Assembly (NCBI RefSeq): GCF_011386835.1
Contig: NC_088794.1
Span: 4,836,001-4,900,000, forward strand
DNA from: Chrysemys picta bellii
Taxonomy: Eukaryota
DNA: 64,000 nt
Direction: 5' to 3'
In this document: in pieces, positions 1-9,336 of the stretch
Position numbering within the stretch: position 1 is the stretch's first letter
Layout of the letters: every line of letters begins with the position of its first letter
Notes under the pieces: generated by a model
Seen by the model: only the letters and a program-made list of their open reading frames with translations
What the model was told of the DNA's origin: nothing
Database searches by the model: none
Translations under genes and position numbers: made by a program

Positions 1-748
1 GATTTAAGTGGTTCCAAGTAATAACAGACAGAATAAAGTAAATTACCAAACACAATAAAACAAAACAGACTAATACAGTAAAAACTAAATGCAGGTAAAT
101 CTCACCCTCACAGATCTTCCAATAAGCCTCTTTTACAGACTAGACTTAATCCTAGTCTAGGTCCAGCAATCACTCACACCCCTGTAGTTACTGTCCTCTG
201 TTTCAGTTTCTTTCAGACATCTCCTTGGGGTGGAGAGGCTATCTTTTGTGCCAGCTGAGGATAAAACGGAGGGGTTTCCCCAGGAACTTATATAGTTTTT
301 CTCCTGTGGGTGGAAACCCCTTCCCCTCTCCCATACAGAATCTAGCTCCAAGATGGAGGTTTGGAATCACATGGGCAAGTCACATGTCCATGCATGACGC
401 AGTTCCTTACAGGCCGATGCCACTTTCCCTGGAAAGCTCAGATGTGGATTGGCGTCTCTCAAAGTTCATTGTTAGCTTAAGTGTTTCTTCATCGGGCACT
501 TACTGAGAATAGTCTTTTCTCAAGAAGCTGACCAACTGCTTCACTGTTTAAAATCAAACAAGTACATAGCCAGTATTCATAACTTTGAATACAAAAATGA
601 GATATGCATGAAAATAGGATGAATATGTCCAGCAGATCACAACCTTTGCAGAGATATGTTACATGGCCTATCTAGCATAGAACATATTTCAGTTATATCA
701 TATTTACACCCATAAGCATATTACTAGAAAGCATTATGGGGTGCAACA
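1..748 (-). mobile_element. Gypsy LTR family B, partial (5' LTR of an element continuing left of the window)
   Basis: Near-identical to 16499-17246 and homologous to 7790-8540; ends ...GGGGTGCAACA like the other LTR-B copies. Confidence 0.85.
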
Positions 749-1377
749 TCACACTCTGTTTCACAGACTATAAGTTATAGGAAATAAATAATATTAACAA
801 AAGCATAATCGAGAGGGAGCTGGCGTGCTCGGAGATATTTTGTAGCAGCATCTGCAGAGATGCTGCAGAGATCTTCAGTGTTAACCACTAGTTTGGGGAA
901 TACCCTCCTTTTTGCAGCCTGCCCTGCCCGTGGCATTTTCAGTGAGGGCTGCCCCAGGCACCTCCGGGTCACAGGAGGGAGAGAAGCCAGGAGGAGGATT
1001 TATGAGCATGACTCCTAGAGGAAATAGGGGCATAGTGTTTCCTGGGCACAGACCTGGAGTGACAGACATGGGAATTTCTGAATAAGGGGATTCTGAAATT
1101 AGGAATAGGTGAGACCATCATGCATCATGGGGTATGTGGTCCAGCCTGGGAGCCTGGCCCATAGAGGAGATTGGTGCTGTGTGGTATCTGATGCACCCCT
1201 TTGGTATTTCTGAGCAAAAAGATTTCGGTCTTCACAAACAAACCCCCTTTGTGGATCAGCTCTACACAGTACCCGGCTTGCACTGAAAACAGCAGGATGA
1301 AATATACCCTTAACCTCATACTCTGTAACTCTGGTAGAAATTGCATCATTTAATAACACAGTAGAAAAGAGTAGGCA

Positions 1378-1402
1378 AAATTAATCCCCAGGGCATGAAT
1401 TA
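1378..1402 (+). promoter_or_regulatory. Candidate OR promoter motif: homeodomain TAAT sites flanking an O/E (EBF)-like CCCCAGGG
   Basis: AAATTAATCCCCAGGGCATGAATTA about 550 bp upstream of the ATG. A homologous motif lies upstream of all 8 ORs (about 12018, 17877, 24288, 34409, 42978, 48529, 55317). Confidence 0.45.
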
Positions 1403-1931
1403 CACCGGAGGTGGCTTTGGTTCACTGAATGCATTTATTAGGTGTTATGGCTCTCTGAGCTCAGCTATTCCCAGTTGCTCCAGGAATCATGTCCCACAGA
1501 TGACACATCTCAATATAAAACTTCCCAAATGCTCCAAACTGGCAGTTACTGTCATTGGGGAAACACCACCACATCTCTCTCTTCTCAGCAGGTACGTGTT
1601 ATTATCCTGAATTACAGACACACACACACATACACACCATAATGATCAGCAGGTATTAAATTCAAGACCTCCAGCACTAAAAGCCTCAGCCCCAACTCGT
1701 ACCCCTGACTGAGATGATTTTCACCCTGATTCTCTTACAGCAGAGTCACAAGTCACTGTTTGCTGCTCGGATTAGTGAGCAGTTGTCTTCGTATGCGGGG
1801 CATGATTAACCTGCGTGTCAGTGTATTTACGCTGTGTGTATTTTATCATACAACTGGGATGACCAGCTGTGAACGTCCGCACCATCCACCTGCCCACATC
1901 TCTGTAGCTGCCAGATCTCTGTTCAGAGGAG

Positions 1932-2867
1932 ATGGAAAAGGGAAATCACTCAGAGGTGACTGAGTTCATTCTCTCAGGACTGACAGATCGTCCGGAGCTG
2001 CAGGTCCTCCTGTTTGGGGTGTTCCTAGTGGTTTATGTTATCACCCTGGTGGGAAATGGGGGGATGATCTTCTTAATCACCATTGATCCCCGACTTCACA
2101 CCCCCATGTACTTTTTCCTCAGTAATTTGTCTTTCTGTGATCTCTGCTATTCCTCGATAATTTCCCCTAAGATGCTGCAAAATTTCTTAGCCGAGAGGAA
2201 AAGCATTTCTTACACTGCCTGCGCTGTGCAACAATATCTCTCAATTGTTTTTGGAGATGTTGAGTGCCTGTTGCTGGCTGTGATGGCGTATGACCGTTAT
2301 GTGGCCATCTGTAACCCGCTGCTCTATACGGTCACCATGTCCAGGCAGCTTTGTAACCAACTAGTGGTTGGGGCATACGCTGTGGGGTTGGTGGATTCAA
2401 TGATTCAGTGTTTTACATTTCGGCTGTCATTCTGCAACTCCAACATCATCAATCATTTCTTCTGTGACATCCCCCCACTGTTGGCGCTCTCCTGTTCTGA
2501 CACCCGCAACAAAGAGATTGCGATGTTTGTTTTTATGAGCTGCATTCTAGTGAGCAGCCTTGTCACTGTCCTCCTCTCCTATGTCTATATCATCTCCACC
2601 ATCCTGCAGATCCGCTCTGCCGAGGGGAGGCACAAAGCCTTCTCCACCTGCTCTTTCCACTTGACTGCTGTGGCCCTGTATTTTGGCACCCTCCTCTTCA
2701 TGTATTTACGTCCCACCTACAGCTATTCCATGGACACAGACAAAGTGGCCTCAGTGTTTTACACGCTGGTGATCCCCATGTTGAACCTCCTCATCTACAG
2801 CCTGAGGAACATGGAGGTAAAGGACGCCCTGAGGAAAGCAATGAATAAACTCCTAACCAATTCTTGA
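1932..2867 (+). CDS. Olfactory receptor, class II (OR5/8/9-like), 311 aa (OR#1)
   Basis: Single-exon 7TM ORF with N-glycosylation site [34 protein letters not shown] and IYSLRN. TM7 NP is changed to NL. Confidence 0.95.
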   Translation: MEKGNHSEVTEFILSGLTDRPELQVLLFGVFLVVYVITLVGNGGMIFLITIDPRLHTPMYFFLSNLSFCDLCYSSIISPKMLQNFLAERKSISYTACAVQQYLSIVFGDVECLLLAVMAYDRYVAICNPLLYTVTMSRQLCNQLVVGAYAVGLVDSMIQCFTFRLSFCNSNIINHFFCDIPPLLALSCSDTRNKEIAMFVFMSCILVSSLVTVLLSYVYIISTILQIRSAEGRHKAFSTCSFHLTAVALYFGTLLFMYLRPTYSYSMDTDKVASVFYTLVIPMLNLLIYSLRNMEVKDALRKAMNKLLTNS

Positions 2868-3281
2868 ATCTAACTATTTTCTCGTTTAGTGATGGGGTGT
2901 TGAAACAGGTGAATTCAATTCCCAGCCCATTTCAATGTAATTTTGCAGAGCCCGTGGGAATCTTGTTCATTATTATATTGTTTTTATTTTTAATTTGTTT
3001 GTATTCCAACAAGGTCTGCAGGCCCCAAATGAGATCAGTGGACAAAATACAGGAAGAATCACAGGTCCAGAAAGAGAGATTGATTCTATAAGCTGGTGGC
3101 TAGGGGCACCCACTTGGAGGGTGAGATTCTCAACTTCACGTCTCTGTTCCAATGGTTATTGAATTAGTTATCCAGAGTAGAAGAACTTTGAAAGGAGAGA
3201 TTGAGAGCAAGCCAGACTGGAATAGCACATCATTCAGGGGCTGGGATGCTTTCTGGAAATGCAGGAAACCCAAGTGCAGAG

Positions 3282-3524
3282 TGTGATGGGTTCAAACTGA
3301 TGTGCTGAAATTACCTCTGATCGCATTTTCCCTGCCAGCCTGGACCTCCAGAACCCTGCCTTGTTGAGCCAGACATGCTAGCCTGCTGCAGCACAGACCC
3401 AGGGTCTCGGCCACGACCCCAGAGCTGCAGATCTAGACTGAAACCAGCTCAGCAGGATACCTGTCTCCAGCACGCAGATACCCAGCTTCCAGTGGGGTCC
3501 AAACCTCAAATAAATCCATTTTAC
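3282..3524 (-). mobile_element. Truncated LTR family A fragment fused to the Gypsy internal region
   Basis: Starts TGTGATGGGTTC and matches the first ~270 bp of solo LTR A (19784, 44877, 57621) minus a 28-bp deletion, then breaks at AAATCCATTTTAC. Confidence 0.8.
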
Positions 3525-3809
3525 ACAGCAGCCTATCTGGGTTCCCTCTGGGTCAGACACTCCTGCGTCCCCAAAAGGGAAGGTGACCCTGATCCAGTTG
3601 TGGGCTCCCAGCTTTGACAGCCCTTCACTGGCCAGCAAAATCCCCTTCTTTCCCCCAGGTTAGGCTTGCTTCCAGCTACAGAGTCCCTGGGGTCTGTTCC
3701 CACCACAGTGGTTACCAGGACCCCAACTTCCACCATGTTTCTGTGCACCCCAGGGCAGGGCCTGTCCCCTGTCGACCTGCATCTTCCTGGAAGTCAACCC
3801 TGGGATAGA

Positions 3810-4075
3810 TTCTGCCACATCAAAGAAATCATTCCCCTGTCGAAACGGTGCAGAATTGTGTGCCACTGTTGCAACAGTCAGCTCAGCTTGCAAATCACCA
3901 CTTTCCATGTGTACCTTAGCTAACGGTGCAACGACTTTGTAACCTCCCACCAGTTCTAATTCTGCCATTTTCCCTGCAACAAATCCTTCTCATGTATCAG
4001 GTCCCTCCTGACCACAGAAATGTCTGCACCCGTGTCCCTCAAGCCTAGGAGTACTTTCACCTTAAGTTTAACTGC
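3810..4075 (-). pseudogene. Retropepsin (aspartic protease) remnant
   Basis: LLGLRDTGADISVV ... (frameshift) ... GGYKVVAPLAKVH...QGNDFF. Also present at about 14465-14730 and 39430-39695. Confidence 0.8.
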
Positions 4076-4297
4076 ATGCATATGCTCACGGCTTCGTTGT
4101 GTAGAAGCAAACTTTACAAATCCTGTGTGGAAAGAGGCAGTAGCCTGGCCCTCAGACGCAGCAGTTTCATGTGTTACCTGCTGCCTGTTCCCACTCAGCA
4201 AGGGACATTTATTCCTCTGCGCTCAGTGGACTTACAATGAAAGCACCTCTTGGGCTCCTCTGCTTGTATAGGGATAAAACAGTGATTCTGCTTTCCA

Positions 4298-5460
4298 CCA
4301 ACCCTGCACCCCTCTACCCCCAACCCTGTACTCCTCTACCCCCAACCCTGCACCCCTCTACCCCAACCCTGCACCCCTCTACCCCAACCCTGCACCCCTC
4401 TACCCCTAGGGTTACCATTCGTCCGGATTTACCCGGACATGTCCTCCTTTTTGTGCTAAAAATAGCGTCCGGGGGGGAATTTGTAAAGCACTCACAATGT
4501 CCGGGATTTCCCCCCTCCCCCGGCATAGCAGAGCGAGCGGCTGGGAGGGCTGCAGGAAAGTCCCAGGCTGGACTCCGGAGCAGCTGTAGAGGAGCCGGAT
4601 CCGCCCTGCATTCTGAGCCAGGGGCAGCTCTCCCCTGCAGCCCAGTCCAGCAGCACTGTGCAGGGCCAGGGACCGGGTTTTGTTGTGCTGGGGAGCGCAG
4701 CCACGTGTCCGGCTCGCACAGAGCCCAACACCCTGTTCTGAGCAGCAGGGTAAGGGGGCCAGGGGGCAGGAGAAGGGGCAGGGAGGTTCTGGAGGGGGCA
4801 GTCAAGAAACGGGGGGGGCTTTTTGGGGGGAGTGGAGAAAGTTTTGGGCAGTCAGGGTACAGGTAGGGGGTAGGGTCCTGGGGGGTAGTTGGGGGGGGTC
4901 TTAGGAGGGGGCAGTTAGGGGACAATGCACAGGGAGTCTTAGGTAGGGGGTGGGGTTCTGGAGGGCAGTTAGGAGCAGGGGTCCCAGGAGGGGGCAGTCA
5001 GGGGACAAGGAGCGGGGGGGTGGGGGGCTGGGAGTTCTGGGGGGGAGCTGTCAGGGGGCAGGAGTGGGGAGAGGGATCGGAGCAGTCAGGGGACAGGGAG
5101 CAGAGGGGTTTAGATGGGTTGGGAGTTCTGGGGGAGGCTGTCAGGGGGTGGGGAGTGGTTGGATGGGGCGTGGGAGTCCCAGGGGTCTGTCTGGGGGTGG
5201 GGGTGTGGATAAGGGTTGGGGCAGTCAGGGGACAAGAGGCAGGGAGGCTTAGATAGGGAGTGGAGTCCTGGGGGGCAGTTAGGGGCAGGGGTCCCAGGAG
5301 GGGGCAGTCAGGGGACAAGGAACGGGGGGAGGGTTGGGGGTTCTGGGGGGGCGGGAAGTGGGAGGGGCAGGGGCGGGGCTAGGGCGGGGCTCCTCCCGTC
5401 CTCTTTTTTGCTTGCTGAAATATGGTAACCCTATCTACCCCCAACCCTGTACCCCTCTGC
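4298..5460. repeat. 21-22 bp minisatellite (CCAACCCTGCACCCCTCTACC[C]), 6 units, split by a hAT MITE
   Basis: Five units at 4298-4406 and one after 5441. The paralogous arrays have 4 and 10 units. Confidence 0.9.
4407..5433. mobile_element. Non-autonomous hAT MITE (1027 bp)
   Basis: TIR TAGGGTTACCAT/ATGGTAACCCTA; perfect 8-bp TSD TCTACCCC (4399-4406, 5434-5441); absent from paralogous copies 2 and 3. Confidence 0.9.
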
Positions 5461-6228
5461 CAGCAGTTTACGTTTAATTGCCACTTGCGATGGCTCAAAA
5501 GAGTCTGCACACTCAGCCAATCCACCTACTGCATCCACGTTTTTGTCCCACTAATACTGTTTTACATCATCACTGCACATATTCAGGAATTGTTCCTGAG
5601 TAAGCAAATCACACATTTCTTCCAAGCTTGTAATGCCTTTTCCCCTCACGCACTTATCTAACAAATCTCTCATTTCATTTATATAAGCCACATTACTCAA
5701 TCCAGATCCCCTTTTAAGATTCCTGAATTTAACCCTGTAGGTTTCTGGTATAATCTGAAACTGTTTCAAAACCAGTTCCTTAAATTTACCATAGTTTCAA
5801 GCATCATTAATAGGCATCTTATTGAGTATGTCCAGAGCTCTTCCAGTCCATTTTGCTACCAATGTGGTCATTCTTTGATTGTCAGGAATTGTACGGAGGG
5901 GGCACAGTCTCTCAAAGGTGATGAAATATTTGGCAATGTCACTCATCAGACAGCGGACATAGTCATTCCCATTTGTGGAGTTTTGGGGAAGTGGGGCCAG
6001 CTGCTGGAGGGTTTTGTCTCTTCCCCTCCATAACAGCCAGTTCATGTTTCTGGGCCTCAATCTGGGCCTGTATTTCTCTGTCTCTTAACTCCAGGGCCAA
6101 TTTGTCCCTGGCTGCCTCTGCTTCCATAGCCCTTTTGTGCGCAGTTGCTTCTGCTTCTTTGAACTTCAATTGAAACTCCCGGTCCTTTGCCTTCTCTTCT
6201 GCTTCCAGTCTGGCCAGCTCAAGTTTAG

Positions 6229-7080
6229 TAGGGTTACCATATTTAACAAATAAAAAAAGAGGACCTTCCACGGGGCCCTGGCCCCGCCCATTTCCCACCC
6301 CAGGCCCGCCCCAAGTCCGCCCCTTCCCCGCCCCAACCCCACCCTAACTCCGCCCCCTCCTCCCTCCCACTCCCAGCCAGGGGGAAAGGGCTGCCCGAGC
6401 GCTACCGGCTTCACGGTTTTCCGGGCAGGCCCCAGACCCTGCGCCCCCGGCCAGCGCTTCCCCAGCGCAGCTGGAGCCCGGGAGGGGAAGTGCCCAGCCG
6501 GGGGTGCAGGGTCTGGAGGCTGCCCGGCAAACCGTGAAGCCGGTAGCGCTCGGGCTTTGGGCAGCCCCCTTGCCTCCGGACCCTGCGCCCCCGGCTGGGC
6601 ATTTCCCCTCCCGGCTCCGGCGCCGCAGGGTCCGGAGGAATGGGGGCTGCCCAAAGCCCGTAGCGGTCGGCTCTTAAACAGAGCCAAAGAGTCAGGGGAG
6701 GAGCAGAGCTGCCGCGGCCAAAGACTCTGCTCCTCCCCTGACTCTTCGGCTCTGTTTAAGAGCCGAGCTGCCTGAGCGCTACCGGCTACGGGCAGCCCCC
6801 ATGCCTCCGGACCCCAGCCGCCGGAGCCCGGGAGGGGAAGTGTCCGGCCGGCGGCTGGGGTCCGAAGGCACAGGGGCTGCCTGAAGCCCATAGCGCTCGG
6901 GCAGCTTGGCTCTTAAATAGAGCCAAAGAGTCAGGGGAGGAGAAGAGCAGCCATGGGAAGGGAAGTGCCCGGCCGGCATTTTTCCGGACATGTTCGGCTT
7001 TTTGGCAATTCCCCCGGACAGGGGTTTGACTGCCCAAAAGCCGGACATGTCCGGGAAAAAACGGACGTATGGTAACCCTA
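6229..7080. mobile_element. Non-autonomous hAT MITE (852 bp)
   Basis: TIR TAGGGTTACCATA/TATGGTAACCCTA; 8-bp TSD AAGTTTAG/TAGTTTAG; empty site has a single TAGTTTAG at about 40888; internal 40-bp inverted repeat at 6669-6764. Confidence 0.9.
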
Positions 7081-7366
7081 TAGTTTAGCAGGTGCCTGCA
7101 CTCAGCTCAGGGGCTTCTTAGTTAACAAAGACTTTCCCAGCACCCAGTGTTCAGCCTTTCTGGGCAGTCTGCAACTTGCGCAGTTCCAGCTTCTTCTGAT
7201 CTTCACTCTTACTTATTCTGCTTAGTTTTCTGTCCCTATTTCCCTTACTCAAAATAAGGAAACAGAAAATAACAAACAAGTCACCACTTTGTCTGTTCTC
7301 CACCCACCAGACCCAAAACTCACTTAAAATCACTACCAGTGTTTCAAAGCAATCAGCTGTGCACAG

Positions 7367-7385
7367 ATCCTGCTCAACTTTGCCA
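7367..7385 (-). promoter_or_regulatory. Primer binding site, degenerate tRNA-Ser-like
   Basis: TGGCAAAGTTGAGCAGGAT 1 nt inside the LTR end; resembles the complement of vertebrate tRNA-Ser 3' ends (TGGC...GAGCAGGAT). Confidence 0.55.
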
Positions 7386-7386
7386 C

Positions 7387-8540
7387 TGTCACGGGTTGGG
7401 TCACAGAAACCAGTTTGGGACTGCACCCGATGTGCCGAGACTACCTCTGAGACTGTTTTCCCTGCCAGCTTTCCCTTGCCTGCTGCAAACACCGATCCAA
7501 GTCTTAACCACGTCCCTCACAAGTTGCAGGCTTCAGTGAAAACATTTTATGAAGTCCTTCTGTCTCTAGTACTCAGATACCCAGCTCCCAGTGGGGTCCA
7601 AACCTCAAATAAATCCATTTTACCCTGTTTAAAGCTTATACAAGGTAAACTCTTGAATTGTTCACCCTCTATAACACTGATACAGAGATATGCACAGCTG
7701 TTTGCTCCCCCCCCCAGGTATTAAAACATACTCTGGGTTAATAAATAAGTAAAAAGTGATTTCATTAATTACAAAAAGTAGAATTTAAGTGGTTCCAAGT
7801 AATAACAGGCAGAATAAAGTAAATTACCAAACAAAATAAAACAAAACACGCAAGTCTAAGACTAATACAGTAAAAACTAAATGCAGGTAAATCTCACCCT
7901 CACAGATCTTCCAATAAGCCTCTTTTACAGACTAGACTTAATCTTACTCTGGGTCCAGCAATCACTCACACCCCTGTAGTTACTGTCTTTTGTTTCAGTT
8001 TCTTTCAGGCATCTCCTTGGGGTGGAGAGGCTATCTTTTATGCCAGCTGAAGATAAAACGGAGGGGTTTCCCCAGGAGCTTATATAGTCTCTCTCCTGTG
8101 GGTGGAAACCCCTTCCCCTCTCCCATACAGAATCCAGCTCCAAGATGGAGGTTTGGAGTCACATGGGCACGTCACATGTCCATGCATGACTCAGTTCCTT
8201 ACAGGCCGATGCCACGTTCCCTGGAAAGCTCAGATGTGGATTGGCGTCTCTCAAAGTTCATTGTTAGCTTACGTGTTTCTTGATCGGGCACTTACTGAGA
8301 ATAGTCTTTTCTCAAGAAGCTGACCAACTGCTTCACTGTTTAAAATCAAACAAGTACATAGCCAGTATTCATAACTTTGAATACAAAAATGAGATATGCA
8401 TGCAAATAGGATGAATATGTCCAGCAGATCACAACCTTTGCAGAGATATGTTACATGGCCTATCTAGCATAAAACGTATTTCAGTTATGTCATATTTACA
8501 CCCATAAGCATATTACTAGAAAGCATTATGGGGTGCAACA
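7387..8540 (-). mobile_element. Gypsy LTR family B (5' LTR of copy 1)
   Basis: TGTCACGGG...GGTGCAACA termini, 1154 bp, PBS adjacent; TATA-like CTATATAAG on the minus strand at about 8078-8086. Confidence 0.9.
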
Positions 8541-9336
8541 TCACACTCTGTTTCACGGACTATAAGTTATAGGAAATAAATAATATTAACAAAAGCATAA
8601 TCGAGAGGGAGCTGGCATGCTCGGAGATATTTTGTAGCAGCATCTGCAGAGATGCTGCAGAAATCTTCAATGTTAACCACCAGTTTGGGGAATACCCTCC
8701 TTTTTGCAGCCTGCCCTGACCTTGGCATTTTCAGTGAGGACTGCCCCAGGCACCTCCGGGTCACAGGAGGCAGAGAAGCCAGGAGGAGGATTTATGAGCA
8801 TGACTCCTAGAGGAAATAGGGGCCTAGTGTTTCCTGGGCATAGACCTGGAGTGACAGACTTGGGAGTTTCTGAATAAGGAGATTGCTGGCTGTTGGTTGT
8901 TTCTACTGGTGTTCAGGGAAGCAGGACTTTGAGTCCATTCTTTGTAACCTCTCCCCCATGGATTACACCAAAGAATATAGCTGACTTGTATCATTTTTCC
9001 TCCTAATACAATCAACCCTGCAATGCCTCACAGCTTGGCACCACTTAGGAGAAGGGGGCACCCACATGCCCCGGAGTACTGATAATACCAGATAAGCCTC
9101 CACAACCATAGGGGATAATTTCTGCTACCATAGTGAAGAAGGGAAGAGTCATCACTGGGCCTGCCATGGATCTCCTTTTGGGGAGGTGATGACCACAATG
9201 TCCTTTTGCATCTGCAGCCATGGATCAGTGCATGGGCCCATCCCTGTGGTGACCTCACCCTTTCATGTCAATCGAACACGACTGTCAGTCAGCACCACAC
9301 CTTTGGTGTTACTGGGATAGTTTCTAGGTTGGTGGC

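Larger units (their letters stand above)
4200..7100 (-). pseudogene. Gypsy gag remnant with SCAN-like domain and degenerate CCHC knuckle (copy 1, interrupted by MITEs)
   Basis: LELARLEAEEKAK coiled coil; FERLCPLRTIPDNQRMTTLVAKWTGRALD; PETYRVKFRNLK...DLLTQEQFLNMCSDDVKQY; EEPKRCFHCKSTER/RNKCP at about 4200-4255. Confidence 0.8.
3525..7386 (-). mobile_element. Internally deleted SCAN-gag Gypsy (Gmr1-like) retrotransposon, copy 1
   Basis: Minus strand shows gag, SCAN-like, zinc knuckle and protease remnants but no RT/RNaseH/IN. It abuts LTR B through a PBS and contains two hAT MITEs. Confidence 0.85.

Noticed and set aside
1760-1963. 67-aa ORF (MLLGLV...) overlapping the start of six ORs
   Set aside because: TTG start and no known motif; it recurs only because the DNA is recently duplicated; absent before OR#4/#7; probably intronic.
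1-2867. Pure assembly artefact (false duplication of 16499-19365)
   Set aside because: The copies differ at several coding and non-coding sites and have entirely different 3' flanks. Not fully excludable without reads.
4298-4406. Short direct repeats as a CRISPR-like array
   Set aside because: Head-to-tail minisatellite with no unique spacers, in a eukaryotic context with no cas genes.
4171-5428. Long ORFs (231 aa, 203 aa and others) over the G-rich region
   Set aside because: They span a minisatellite and MITE boundaries, are low-complexity, and stop codons are rare at this GC skew.
5551-6060. Host SCAN zinc-finger gene
   Set aside because: No C2H2 array or splice structure; flanked by gag, knuckle, protease, PBS and LTR; multiple stops and frameshifts.
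6166-6891. 241-aa minus-strand ORF
   Set aside because: Lies within a GC-rich hAT MITE and crosses its TIR; no transposase motifs.
3282-8540. LTR-A fragment and LTR B as the paired LTRs of one element
   Set aside because: They are clearly diverged families; LTR A exists as solo copies with its own TSD at the same site in other units; copy 3 has a different junction.
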